The notes: generated by a model not told the origin, from the letters alone. 59,745 nt of DNA, filler included, from Sphacelaria rigidula (GCA_964200075.2; 6 parts of 6 records of this genome joined end to end with filler, not necessarily neighbours in it), one strand, 5' to 3'; counted from the first letter of the whole stretch, positions 23,871 through 36,723 are shown. Program-made: numbers and translations.

Positions 23871-24621
23871 ATAACGCTGAGAGCGTATCTGTATACCTGC
23901 AGTAGTGATGATACATTGTATGAGTCATAACAGTGATTGTCCAAGATCGGGTTGAAAAGAGGAAGACTGGTGTTTCGATTTTGAATCAACAGCCCCTGCT
24001 TACAACTTTTTTTTTTTTGACTGCCGGTTGAACATGTGTCAGCGCGTTCTGTAACCTTACCGATTCATTGGGGTACGGCGCAGTAGCATGAGGGGAGCCT
24101 CAATGAGTTGACCTTCATATTCGACGATGATGGACCGTCATCCGGTGTGTTGCTTTTTCCATGGCTGCTCTGACGGCTGCTTAGGAACCAACTCTCATCG
24201 TGCTCTTTTCCAGCTTCTGCTCCTAGTATGTACTTTCACATCACAACTGAGGGCTGTTTTGGTGCCCCTCTGGAGAAGTGAGTTACTGTACTGAGTAGGA
24301 AACCCGCTTCTCTCCGATTTGTTTTTTCACCAGACGGTTGACACTTTTCTCCATTTCATGCGTGATGAGGTGTGGAATATTGAACTGTCTGTAGTTTTCA
24401 ACTTCTCTCAGCTTGTAGGCTGGGGGGCGGTAAGACCATCCAATACACCTCCTTCTTTCGCTTGCTACATGGTAGGGAATGACAAAGTCGTGCATTCGCA
24501 GCTTGGGTAAAATTGTTTTGTTACTGCTATTTCGAGTCACCGCGTTTCCAGAGGTCGGCCTGCTTGATTAATTGCCGTGCCTTTCGCACTATGGTAGTAA
24601 ATGGTTGGTTGATAATTGTGG

Positions 24622-24811
24622 TTCTGCTGTTTAATTAGCCATCCTGGTGACATATGATATACGCTGATGAGACTAATTTCGCGTTTCTGCTGTTTGACTA
24701 GCCAAACAGGTGACATGTACTGTACACTGAGGAGTCTAACTTCGCGTCTCGCTGTTTGATTAGTCATGGCGGGTGACATATAAATGCACACTGAGGAGGC
24801 TAACTTCGCGT
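24622..24811. repeat. Three ~63-bp tandem repeats in the 5' leader of the LTR element
   Basis: ttcgcgt anchors at 24678, 24741 and 24805, with ggtgacat in each unit. Confidence 0.85.
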
Positions 24812-24981
24812 TGATCCAAACACACGATCCCAAAAACCTCTCAACTCGAATAATTATGCACATGACCCATCCATTTCACCTGGAGTAGCGTTCCTTGGAG
24901 GGCCCTAGTGTTTCCGGTGTTGAGGAGCAGTCGGTTCTCGTTCTAGTTTTTTACTTCTAAGACCTGTCTTACCTGAGTTCT

Positions 24982-24996
24982 GTTCTGGTGTCGCCA
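24982..24996 (-). promoter_or_regulatory. Primer-binding site, tRNA-Ser-like
   Basis: TGGCGACACCAGAAC lies one base inside the 5' LTR and is complementary to a tRNA ending ...GGUGUCGCCA. Assignment to Ser is an inference from the G discriminator. Confidence 0.75.
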
Positions 24997-24997
24997 A

Positions 24998-25346
24998 TGT
25001 GAGGAAGGCGTATCGCTAGAGTAGTCAGAGACCTACGGAGGAGACTGCTGTCCTGATGCCGAGGGAACTTCGAGGCTGGCGATGATTTCCTCTTGTATAT
25101 GTAGGCAAGAACGGTTAAGACGAGAAGTGGTCGCCAGGGGGCGACCAGTTCCTCGGGGGATGTTGGTCCGTCCTGTATCAGGCTCTTCCTGGCATCACCC
25201 CAAGTTGTCTAGTATCGTCGGCATTACGGGGTTCTCGGTAATCTGGTCCTTTCGGACCGTTCCTACCTTGTACCTGCTTGCGCTGGTTCTCCATACATGT
25301 ATGGCATTAGTCTCTGATATGTCACTGCAAATATGTGTCTTCCACA
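24998..25346 (-). repeat. 5' LTR (349 bp, TG...CA)
   Basis: Minus strand TGTGGAAGACAC...CCTCACA; direct repeat of 20267-20616. Confidence 0.93.
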
Positions 25347-26569
25347 TAATATATATGTACAAGGTTCCCCTTCGGGAGGTTAGTACGGGCCTCCCAGGGG
25401 TGACGAAAGTCGAAAGTATAAAATATGCTTCGTACGATCATGCCTTTTCAGTACGCTGCAAAAGAAAGCGTGGGGGAAAATGCCTTGCTGACAGAGAAAA
25501 CTCGGCAAAAGTGGTGAACATATGAAATGATACATGTACATAATACACATGGGTTGAATGAAGGGAGAAAAAGCGCGCGAGTCATCGCTTTGTCCGCTTC
25601 GATCGAGCAAGTATATATTGCCCTCTATGAAAAATTAACAGACGTGAACAAACAAACACAACTGATGAGGGAGCCTCCAATTACATAGAACGATGTTTTC
25701 GTGAGATTGAGAGTAGAGGATACGGTTGAGAAGAAAAAGCAGCCAATTAGTGATTTAATCGTTTCAGTTCCGAAATATCCCTCCGCAAGGCCCTTACCGA
25801 AGCAGCCGGCTAACTCACAGTTATTAACCTGCGAAGCACCGGCACAGAGATGATCCTGTAAAGTCAGTGCGCCAAAAACATTTTTTTTTCGGAACAAAAT
25901 CTTACCGTTTTGCCCTCTAGTGCGCACTACTGCAGCGCACAGCGCCAGATATAGCGACTTGGAACTGTTGACTGTGGTTTGCACAGCCTATGAGCGATGT
26001 TTCAGCGCCTCGCAGCGGCTGCAGCGCGCTTAGGGCCGTGCGCCATGAAGTGCGCAGCTCAACAGACTGTGTGCCGATCGGTGCACTACAGATGGTCATG
26101 ATCCAGAAAGGACCGCAGCACAAACCGGTGCCAGTTTGCTACCGCGTCGGCCGTCCAGTCGCTCGACATGTCTAAGTTTATGCATCTGCGCATGCATATA
26201 TGCATTCGCCTGTAGTGCGACACTGGTAGACCTCAAGAAATGTACATGAACAACGATTGGTACTCGATTTGACTTGGTTTCAGACTAAAGAAAGTTCTGA
26301 GAAAAAGCGTGATTTGGGGCAGGTGAGCAGTAGAACCAGGTCGTCCAGAACGTGTTTTGGTCCAAAATCGCCTCAAAGGCGTAGATTTGCGTCGATTCGA
26401 GTTCTCGTAACGCACGCTTTAGCTACGAAACTGCACCCCCCATGCTCGAGAGTTCTCGGTATGCCTTGGTCGATGTTAGTGCTAGGGTTAGCGTTAGGGT
26501 TGGTGGCATCTCCATAGCACCAACCATTGTTTACGTACATTTCTTCAAGCCCCCTCGGTGAAGTACTTG

Positions 26570-27050
26570 TACAGGGATGCATCCTTGTCACAAGGACATT
26601 CTTGCGCCGGTACTTCACACAGGTGCATCCTTTGAGGGAACTCTCTGTTACGGATTGCATGACCACAGGGATTTGGTCACCCCCTGCGCTTGTCGAGCAC
26701 AGCTGACCGACAGTGAGGACGTTTGCCCACGTGTATACCTTGTTCAAGTCGCCAACAGCTCATTGCACGGTCTTGTTTTTGCTGGTGACTAAGGCCAAGG
26801 CGATGTTCAATTGTTTTCAACTGCTTTGCTTTCATGTTCTTGTGGCATTCGCTACACAACCGCTGTCTTCGTACTCCCGAATCAACGAGGACGGAAAGAA
26901 ATACCCCGCCATGATGAGGCTTTTGTGGTCCGGGTTCTTGTTTGAAGTTTTCCATGATGAGGCTTTTGTGGTTCGGGATCGACACCCCACAAAAAAGAGC
27001 CAGTGTGGGCGACTTTCGATGGCCAGAACACGCGTCACAGGTATCAGATG
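26570..27050 (-). pseudogene. Possible decayed Helitron RepHel N-terminal (DUF6570-like) fragment
   Basis: Frameshifted motifs occur in the expected order: CDAC, LCSECHKNM, LEQGIHVGKRP, SSLKG. By-eye resemblance only. Confidence 0.33.
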
Positions 27051-29470
27051 ACACCCAAACCTTAAAGGTAATGTACCGTTACACCTTCTTCATGCACTGC
27101 AAAAGAAAGCGCGTGATAAGATGCCTTGCCGCCTGAGGAATCTCGGCAAAAGTGGTAAAAAAAGTGAAATGATAAGTGTACATATATATATTTTGAATCA
27201 ATACGCTTTGTCATAATGCGAAATTGTCGCATCTTTGCGCGCGTAGAAACTTCGGAATTGGCACGCGTGGGTAATCACTTCGTCCGTCTCTCGTACGCTC
27301 ACACAATGACTCGGCCCATGTCAGCACAAACATGTACGAAACAGTCAGTAGCATATCCTTGCGCAGTAGTCTACTTCTCGAGCGTTTAAGATATCTGTAT
27401 CTCGGCCGCAAAGAGCGGGCACCACTTGGTGTGTTGACGGGACAGCACATGCATTCGTGCGATGTGCTGGCTGCTTCCCCTCTGCCACACATGTCGATTA
27501 TATCTTGCGAAAGTGGCCGCCCCGACATGAAGCACTGACTGTAGCTGCGGCGAGACAGCGAGATCGCGAGCAAAAGAGGCTGACATGTGCTTTGTCACGG
27601 TGTCTGTGTGGCAAGAGCTGATGTCAGAAGGAAGGGCGCTGACATGAGGGGTGAAACACGACCCGGTTCGGATATTTACGGTCGAAATCGGTAGCTGCCC
27701 AGACAGGCGGTCAGAGTCCAGAGAGTCTGATCGGAAGTGATTCATATAAACCTGTGATGGCTGCGGCGTTTGTCGCCACCCTGAAGTTTATTCGGCTGTT
27801 TCGGCCAATTACACGACGAAGAATGAAATGTTTCGTATTGTGGTGCGCGCCGTAATCGTTTTTCGTTCCTTACCCGCCCTCCCTCTAAAAATGTTCTTTG
27901 TGTACCTGTCTTGTTGTTTTGCGCCGACCCAATGGTTTATCCACCGTGCTGAACGTTTTGTGTTGTTGGACATCCTGAAATGGGTTTGCTCCGACACTGT
28001 GTTGGTATACTTGACATTGCCGCTTACTTGATACTCTACTGCGTATCCACCGAGGTGAGCGTATTGCATTGCAGTACACCCTGCACGGGTTTTACCAGAC
28101 ACTGTCCAGGTATTCCTGAAATTATCGCTTGCCTCAATGTATTATTGCGTGCTCGCCATGCTTATAGCGCCAGCATCGTCCATCCCCCCTGCCTCTTGCA
28201 GGGTGGAGAACCTGAACTCAAAGAAAACGTTCGTAGTATAATACGTAGTATTTTAATGTTGAGACACCCATGAGGTGGTATGTAACCCGTGGCTTGTCTC
28301 TAGGAGTCACGACACAAAATAATGAAGCAACCCATTCGAGGTTGCCATCCATATGCAATATACTGCAATCTTAGCAGGATGCAGCTGACCCTTCATGCGA
28401 CTCGCCGAACACGTTACAGCTCTTCGCGCTTGGTGATTGATTGCAAGCCAGGTCGGGCGAAAACCCGGCGTGCCACGTCCCGACTTTGTAGGGATTCGAC
28501 GTCAATTGTCTCATTACTATGAGATGCAATACAACAAGCACCCCCCCCGTTCCCTTATGGTCACATGACTATGGCATGCAAGATCATGAGTACATGAGTA
28601 CACCCCCCCCTTGTGTCGTTGACCCGCCAGGTTATGACTACGCCTTTCAAAGAGGAGCTAGCCCTACATGTCATGAGTGACGTGGAAAGAGCAGTCAAGT
28701 TTACTGCTGTACCTAAGGTCGCCGGAATTTGATCGATCCACTGTGGGGGCAGGGAGGAGGGGGATGCTGGTCGGCTCTGTCTGGTGTTACAGAGGACGAA
28801 CGTGAAATGGGTGTCACGTGTTACTAGTATGCTCGTTTGTTCGGCCGCCTTTTGTTCGAGGCTTGGCCGCTGTTTTTGCACCGAGACCTTCAGTCTGCGG
28901 AATTGGCGGAGCATACTGAGAAGGGAAGAAAAAATCGTGGAAGCGACGCGTTGTTATAGTTTGATGGAGAGGAGTTTCATGGTATTTAATAGGGGCAAAC
29001 TGCTTGCTGTAGGCTGAATCGCTTTCGAATACAGTGCGAAGTGTCTCTTTGAACTAAAACAAGGCGAACGACTACCCGACTTTGCTTGCCTGTTTGTTGT
29101 TGCCCGCGTAGTCTCGTTCCATGTCCCCGTGAGAGGGGGGGTGCGCTTTCGCCCTTTCGCACGGTGGAGTAGGACGTATCTAGGAAGTGGGAAGTTTGGT
29201 GGTGATTGAAGGTAGCTCTTGACTTATATCAGGGGTTGCCACGGGCGCCATTCCCAGTTAAAAGTAACCTAGCACGTTCAGAAGTTTTCTTAACGGCGCA
29301 ATATTCTTTTTTTACGGTGAGGCGAGCGTCCGGCTTGTTGTAGCTGCATACACTCAGTTTGTGTTCATTGTGCATATTTTGCTTGCAGATTATTCTTGAC
29401 GGCGTTTCTCTCTGCACCTACTTTGTGTTAGATGTGGTATGTACTCAAGCGCGGATGACTGAGAACGTGG

Positions 29471-29826
29471 TGTACTCATGATCATGCATGCCATAGTCAT
29501 AAGACCATTGACCTCGCATCCCTACGAAGCCGGGACGGAGCACGCCGGGTTTCCGCTGGACCAGGCTCGCACTCAATCACCAAGCGCGAAGCGCCGTGGT
29601 GTGCTCGGCGAGTCGCATGAAGGGTGCATCCTGCCAAGATTGTTCGGCCCGAAGCCTACTGATTGTCTTGCATTTGGATGGCAGCCTACAATGAGTTGCT
29701 TTATTTACTGGTATCGCCACTTCCAGAGACAGTCACGGCTTATACACTGCCTCGTGGGTGCCTCACCATGTAAACACCACGTCGTACGAAAACCCCCATT
29801 GTGCGGAGTCGAGGTTCTCCCGCGCC
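29471..29826 (-). mobile_element. 3' end of a related LINE subfamily; a short stub of the same subfamily lies at 28555-28602 (+)
   Basis: Minus strand GTGCTCCGTCCCGGCTTCGTAGGGATGCGAGGTCAATGGTCTTATGACTATGGCATGCATGATCATGAGTAC aligns with the family terminus. Confidence 0.6.
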
Positions 29827-30279
29827 NNNNNNNNNNNNNNNNNNNNNNNNNNNNNNNNNNNNNNNNNNNNTTAATTAATTAANNNNNNNNNNNNNNNNNN
29901 NNNNNNNNNNNNNNNNNNNNNNNNNNGGCGATCTCCACATCTTATTGGGCAAACTGGCGGGGGTCGGCAAGCACAGATTTTTGCACACGAATTATTGTTC
30001 AGCGGCCAATCTCGAAACCTCGAAGCCAAGCGAATCTGAAAAGCAGACTAGGCTCCTTCCTCTCTGTGGGGTGATGCAAAGTGTCCGAGACGTGTGTTGG
30101 CGATTTCCCCTGTTTGGGGGTCGAATGGTGAGTCAAACGTCCCAAAAGTGAACAATCCGTGGGCCAAAAATCTGTGTGCCTTAACATTCGGCCTGACCGG
30201 GAGAAAAAAACCCGTGACACAAAACACTCACCTACACAAGCACACAAACAGGCGTGTTCAAGTTTTGTTTTTGTGACTT

Positions 30280-30900
30280 TCATACCGGCATGCCCCCAGC
30301 ATTTCGGGCCTCGAACACAGTGCAACACAACGCGCCAATTCAGAACGGAGCCCATCACCCGATGAGAATCATTTGCGTCCACCGCTGCCAAACAGCGATG
30401 AATGCAGGAGGTCGGCGAGATACAAAATACACTGCAACGGTCGGGGGGAGACATGAGAGAGATCGCATACTTCGTCGAGGGCGAAATGCCACCGTCGCGC
30501 AGTAACCGTTTTGGCGTAGAGCGTCGGCAATAAAAGCCGGTACAACACGCGTGCATGCCTCTTGGTGAGTTCGCCGTGTTGTGCTCCATGCGGTCAGTGC
30601 CACGCACGACGTCACCGCCATGCAACAGAGCCGCGCTACCCACAATAACCTCGCCGTCGTTTGAATCTATCGAGTGCAGCGAGGCCAGCCCCATGAATGG
30701 GCGAAATAATGAGATAAACTTGGTGCGGGATGCACGCACGAGAAACGCAGAGTTTTTTTTTCAAGATTATTTGCCGGTTGCTCCAGTGTACGAAAACTCG
30801 AGCAACAAGAAAACACATATCATGCGCCTCGCGTATTCATTTGTACATGTCCATTCACCCTTCGCACCGGCATGCGGTACGAAGCTCCTGACAAGGTGCA
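30280..30900 (-). pseudogene. Possible decayed Helitron Rep region
   Basis: Frameshifted motifs in order: PAPSL/YLIISP, EACTRVVPAFIADAL, VMGSV...TVFEARNAGGM. Weak by-eye match to Helitron Rep motifs. Confidence 0.28.
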
Positions 30901-33900
30901 AGAAACAAGAGAAACTACGCTCAGACACGGGCGAGAAAGTTCGTCGAGTGGTGGTTCACACCAAAAGCACAGAGCCCAGCGGACGAGACACTTCATTCGG
31001 GCAAGAGCAAGTGCGTGTTGCGGGATTCGCCCGGCGGGGTGGAAACGTTTGCACGCGATTGCCCCATGTGCTTGTCAAACAAACGACAAAGCACCTCCCG
31101 CGCACAATTCAACGCTCGCTGCTTCATCCGTGTTTTCACACGGCCATGACACACGTGTGAGTGGGCACAGACATAAGAGCGATGCGAACAGAAAGAAGAT
31201 AACAAAACAGCGGTCGTATACGCTAGCCCCTTGTAATTTCACTCTGAGTCACGCCCCACGTGTTGGGTGCCATGAAACAACAGCGATGTACATGCGAAGC
31301 TGCATCAAGCGTACCTCTGTTGTCGCGAATACAAAAGAAAGAGAAATTCTTCATTATAAATCTAGATGCCCCTCCGAAGATTTGCAGACTGCTTGTCACC
31401 ACCACTACTTTCCACGAAAAAACTGCAATAAAAAGATAAACTTTACGCCCGATTAAAACCAACGAATACCTTAACGTCTTTTGCCACAACTCGAATAACG
31501 AAACGCTCTCCCGCCTTCCTTCCACTCACAACTTGTAAGCGCACGATTGGAGGGAGGCGAAGCCCCTGAGACCGAAATTCCCGGCAGAATGGAGATCCAA
31601 CACAACAACAGGTCCGATTCTGTTACTAGATCACCCGATCCGTGGTAAATAAAAACATCCATATTGCAGCGGCGTGCTGCCGCGTGACCTACGAAAATCA
31701 CACGGAAAGATTACCATTCCTTTCCATCACCCCACCACATAACCTGGGGCAGACAACCCGGATCCCACCATCAGCACAGCGGCACTTAGTGTAACCACTA
31801 CCACTTTCCACTTTCCACTCCACTTTCCACACTAAGATTCTCCACAACCGAGGACATATAATGCCTGAAACACATTCTCACTTCCATCAAGGCACGCGCG
31901 TTATTCATTTCGCCGTGCCAACAAACTCTCCCGCCCTCAATTCTACATTCCTGCGCCTATTTACAGAGTGCAGCTGGTTTTCTTCTGAGATATCATCACT
32001 GTATCCCACCAGAAAAACCAAGAGGAAAAGAGATCGCCCTGGCGAGCGAGAAAAAACCTCAACACCTACAACACGTGATGAGAAGGCACACATTTTTTTC
32101 AACCAAGCCACCTCTGCACATCATAAGTTTATCGACCACCCCACAACCGAAAAATACCAAGTCAGCCACCAACGATAGAGAGCATCGCGCGAAGCGTACT
32201 GCTCACGACCGACACAAAGGGTATGATTCGCTCCACCAAAAAAATATTATATCAAATAAAATATAGCATTTTCGTTTTTTTCGTCGCGTGCCAAAGCAAG
32301 CGGGTCCCCTACAGATGTCCTCGTCCCCGCGCCCACCCTTCCCTTCCCCGGGCAATTTCAAGAAATCCTTCGCCATGTATACATGCACGTGAACGCACAA
32401 AGAAGTGCATTTTTGTGCGCACTGACCGTCGCGACCAACATCATGGGGGGGGGGGGAGGATGAAGACAAGAAAAGGGGTATTGGTACTGTCGAGAGAGAC
32501 GTGGAGTCTTCACCTATTCCCCAACACTCAACTTTTCCACCATACGCTCCTTTTCGCGAAAAAGGGAGGGTGGGGGTAGAGGAATAATACGAAGGGAAAA
32601 CAGATAACAACACAATGTACAATTAATTGCCCATGATTGCAACATCAAACATGCGATCCTGAAAAACGGGAACGACATCTTTCTATTGAAACGAACTGAG
32701 CTCGAAATTGTAACATGGTTTTGAACCTAGCACCAGTCAAACGCGCCTCGAAGGCAACCTTTGACAGTACGAGGTTTAATGTCATACACAATTTCGACCT
32801 CTACTTGTTCTCAGGGAAAAATGTTTCCATTTTCCAGGATCGCTTGTCATCAACTGCCAACGTTCGTGATACGTGAAGACACACAAGGTAAATATCACAT
32901 CAACACGCGCAGACATGCATCGCATAAGCCGCACAGCGAACGGGGGAGGGGGGAAAATAAACAAGAAAAGGAGAGGAAATCGGCGCTTGCTTGCGTAGTC
33001 GGCAACCTTACGTGAACTCGACATGAAAAAGGTGGGGAATTGTCGACTCTTTATACCGAGACAAACCAAAAAGACGAAAACGTTCAATGAAAAATGCGGG
33101 AAAGCAGGCGACGAGTTTCGACTGACAATACCAAAGGAAAATCAAAACCAAAATGTACTTGACAAAGATCGAGAGTTCTTTCGGGAACGGTGAAGACGAA
33201 AAAACTACTTGGAAACAACGAGGCTTCTCCTACCGCATTTCTCAAGCACTGCAGCCCCCCTCCATTCCCCCTCCAGCTCCCCCTTGTCGGAGGTGACCAG
33301 GGTGTGTGCATCCATGCATAAATTGTAGCCAGCACACTCCACAGCTATCGGAATCCACAGCCGAAGCGGAATAAATACTGTAATACATCAAAGAAGCGGA
33401 AAAGCCAGAGTCCTCACGAAACGCATATTCGACATGCTACAGCTTTGTTGTGGTATCCTCGGAAACGTTTTTGCGTATACTACACAAAGAGTCGTCACAC
33501 TATACTCGTACTAACTACAATACTATATCTACGAAAGAAACCTTAATAATAATGCGCCGCCGGAACACTCCCCGATGCGGCCAAGTCGCAATGTATAAAC
33601 AGTACGTGCTAAAACACCTTCTGGAACCAAAACTCCGCAAAGCCCGTCAGACAGACGTTATACTGCTAGGCCGTTCCCCAAATCTTGGGCGTCTAAACGC
33701 TAGAACATACGCGCCCATCCTCACGCAGCAGTAGTAGTTACTGCTGCGAACCGCAATTTCGTCTCGGTTTCTATCTTGAATGTAGTACAGGCAGATGTTT
33801 CGGCATGGAAACGCACGTTTTAACGGTTTGACAGCCAGGGCGGGGTGATTTGTTGAATCGGCATCGTTTTTCCACTTGAAAAAAGAATCTACGGTTCAGC

Positions 33901-35685
33901 CGAACTATCCTGCGGAAAGTCAAGAACGCATGAAACGCATGAGAAAGACGAAAGACATGACGGGGGCAAGGCTAGTATTTCCTGCTACACTACTGCAAAT
34001 CAGTAACCGTACACGGTACCCGCATGGGTAAGCCTGCGGAACAACAAAATTGAGGAAACTGTACGCCAAAACTTCGACGACTCCACACACACACACACGC
34101 GCATCACGGGGTCACGAGCGCATAGAGACAGCAAGCTCGAAATCCTTGAAGAGGGTACCTGAAAACGGGATGAGAGAGGGTAAAGTGGAATACGCTATTG
34201 TAATGATGGACAAAAATCAAATTTGGGATGCTTCCTGGCATCAGCATGTATCGATTCGACATTCAGTCCACTCCCGTTCATTTCGACCTGCGCTAGATAT
34301 ATAACGGCTCTCAGCCTTCCAGCCATCACCTCCCTCGAAAAACCAAGAACACGAAGCACTGCACAACTTGCACATCCTGGGAAACCCGTAAAAACAGGTC
34401 GTGAGCTACAACTCACACCTTGCCAACCCGACAGTCCTAGGCTTTCATGATGAACATGTAGGCGAAATGCCGCAAAGTATATTCCGCCTCAAGCCCCTGT
34501 AATTTATGTGTAGTGTGAGGCGGCGAGGAAAGGAATATGTCGACTGCAAGTCCTGCCGTTCATCTCCTGCACAACACTTAGCTCACTGGAACACTAAAGC
34601 AGCGGCAGTCTCCGCTCGGGTCCTTACTGTGCGCGAGGCGCTTCAAGAAAACAAGCGTACACCGACTATGGGGATGTCGAATGTATAATCATTGTAACGG
34701 CACGCATTACATCAATGCTTTCACGTTGACAGTTGGCAGTGGAGTACCTCCATCAGAGCAGCAGTACAAAATAAATAGTACTGTTGAGTTGGTCCTGGCC
34801 AGTATACTACACAGAATAATACCTCCCTGCTCTCTTCCTAATTGTTAATAATTTTGGTTGCCGCTTGTGAGCGAAAATGCACGAGCGGAGCACAAATAGC
34901 AGGTTGGCGGGTACCTGGTACATGAAGCGATACACTCCCCAAAAATACACGAATAGTGAGTTACTCATGCACTACTGTTGTTGTTGTACTGCACACACAC
35001 TCCAGAAGCCGACGTGAAACGCTTTACACGAAATAAGAGGATCGCGGCCCAACAAACCAAATCTAGGGAACAAATCCAAAAGGGGGATATGCTTGGTACT
35101 TCGGAACTCGCTGCTGTGGGGCCTAGGTTGCACCTGGCTACCGCAACCAGCTTACTTCCGAGCAGGGGGAATTGGGGACAGGGGGTCTGGGCACTAGAGG
35201 GTGGAAGGAGGAGGGGGAGAAGGGGGGTAGCAGCTCCGCGGAGATACGAAAAAAAACAACGCACGGAACCCCCAAAAAATACAGGACTCGCACCAGCTAC
35301 TCTGCAAGTACAGGCTGGGTCAAACAGGGTCGAAGGGTGTGACTTAAAGCTGCTCGGGGTCGAACCTGCACTCTGCCGCAAGCTGTGCATGCCCGCCCAT
35401 TTAATTAATTGATAACTTACACCAACTGGCGGGTATAGAAAGAAAGCCCCTCACGCCATACCGAATAATACCGCCATTGCCGCAAGGTCACGGCCTATCA
35501 TTTTTCGTATTTTGCTCAGACCACATAGTATAACGCCACCGTTTCCTGTACGGTCAGCCATGAAATTATTTCTACTCTGCTTGCCGACTACTAATAAAGC
35601 GTACTGTACACCTTGGCCTAAAAATGTAGCTTCCAGCTCTCTGCCGTCGGCTGACGCCCCCGCCGCCTCCCGCCTAATTTACAGC

Positions 35686-36465
35686 TCAACGGTGCGATTG
35701 CTGGTGTTGCTGGTGTTGTTGCTGGTGTTGCTGCTGGTGTTGCTGGTGCTGCCTAACCTGCTGCATCCTGATTTGCCTCCTCATCGCAACTTCACGAACG
35801 CGGTGTCTCAAAAACGCGAACGTGTGCATACACTCACCGGAGCAGAATTCCTCGTAGATTGGAGTATCCCCCCTCACGAAACTCTGTCCGCAGTTGGGGC
35901 AATTGCGAGGGCAGTAGCCATTCTCGAGATCACGATAGGACGTCGACCGCCTGATAGGCAGCCCAACCTCACCGGCATGTTGCCCGTAATTCACTCCAGA
36001 GGTCGCTCCCCACGGCGCGTACGAAAGGTTCCTTTGTCTCCGAGCCTCCGCAGCCGGATCAACCGGTTGCACAATGTTTTGAGGCACGGTGGGCAAAGCT
36101 CTTGGTGAGGGCGCCGTGGAAGGGGTATTGGGACCTGATCCAGGAGGCGGTCGTTGTTCGTCGTGCTGTTGTTGCCTGTTATTACTGTCCGGCGTCCTGT
36201 TGTTGCTGCCTGCCGTTGCCTGGCCAGCAGTAGAAGAGGGTGGTGGGTGCGGGCACATGATGGTATGGTATCGTGTATGAATCTGTTCGTACGATGTTCC
36301 TTCTTGTCGCTTGTGTGCAATTGAAAATTGTGATGGTTGCGGTGTGCTTGATGACTGAGAGGGATGGCGGGATGGTTGGTCTTGGCATTCCATCTCAGAT
36401 CGTGTTCTTTCGCACTCTGTAGGTGTGATGTTTGACGGTGGATAAAATTCTCCGTGGCCTTTCAT
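35686..36465 (-). CDS. Intronless 259-aa hypothetical protein with an FCS/TRASH-like zinc finger and a Gln/His tail
   Basis: Complete ATG-to-stop ORF containing CPNCGQSF-x9-FCSGEC, a Ser/Pro/Gln-rich N-terminal half and (QQH)n at the C-terminus. Confidence 0.6.
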   Translation of the reverse strand: MKGHGEFYPPSNITPTECERTRSEMECQDQPSRHPSQSSSTPQPSQFSIAHKRQEGTSYEQIHTRYHTIMCPHPPPSSTAGQATAGSNNRTPDSNNRQQQHDEQRPPPGSGPNTPSTAPSPRALPTVPQNIVQPVDPAAEARRQRNLSYAPWGATSGVNYGQHAGEVGLPIRRSTSYRDLENGYCPRNCPNCGQSFVRGDTPIYEEFCSGECMHTFAFLRHRVREVAMRRQIRMQQVRQHQQHQQQHQQQHQQHQQSHR

Positions 36466-36723
36466 ATATTTGAATCTTTAGGTGTGATCCGCCACAAATA
36501 AAAAAAAATACAAAAAAAGGGAGATACATAGAGACAGTCAAACCAGTTCAGAGGCGCTTCAACATTTTGTTGTATGTTCTCAAGTTGACGATTTCGGGTC
36601 GGCTTCTTCTCTTCATATTCTGTTATTGTTCGGAAATGAAATTTCTCAAACATACAGCTACTACTGTTGTCCGTACTGTTGTTGTCTTCACAAAAAAAGA
36701 AGTACTCATGACCTCTTACCCCA

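Larger units (their letters stand above)
20267..25346 (-). mobile_element. Internally deleted Ty3/Gypsy LTR retrotransposon (chromovirus type), non-autonomous
   Basis: Two ~350-bp direct repeats, PBS, PPT, and decayed protease, integrase and chromodomain. No RT or RNase H motifs are recognisable. It sits in TA-rich microsatellite with no clear TSD. Confidence 0.93.

Noticed and set aside
24622..24811. Regularly spaced repeats resembling a CRISPR array
   Set aside because: Whole units are homologous with no unique spacers, the context is a eukaryotic LTR element, and there are no cas genes.
28565..29500. 30-bp inverted repeats suggesting a TIR element
   Set aside because: Both are 3' ends of the same LINE subfamily inserted in opposite orientations.
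35345..35430. tRNA-like B box (GGTTCGACCCC) on the minus strand
   Set aside because: No cloverleaf or anticodon arm can be formed; at most a SINE relic.
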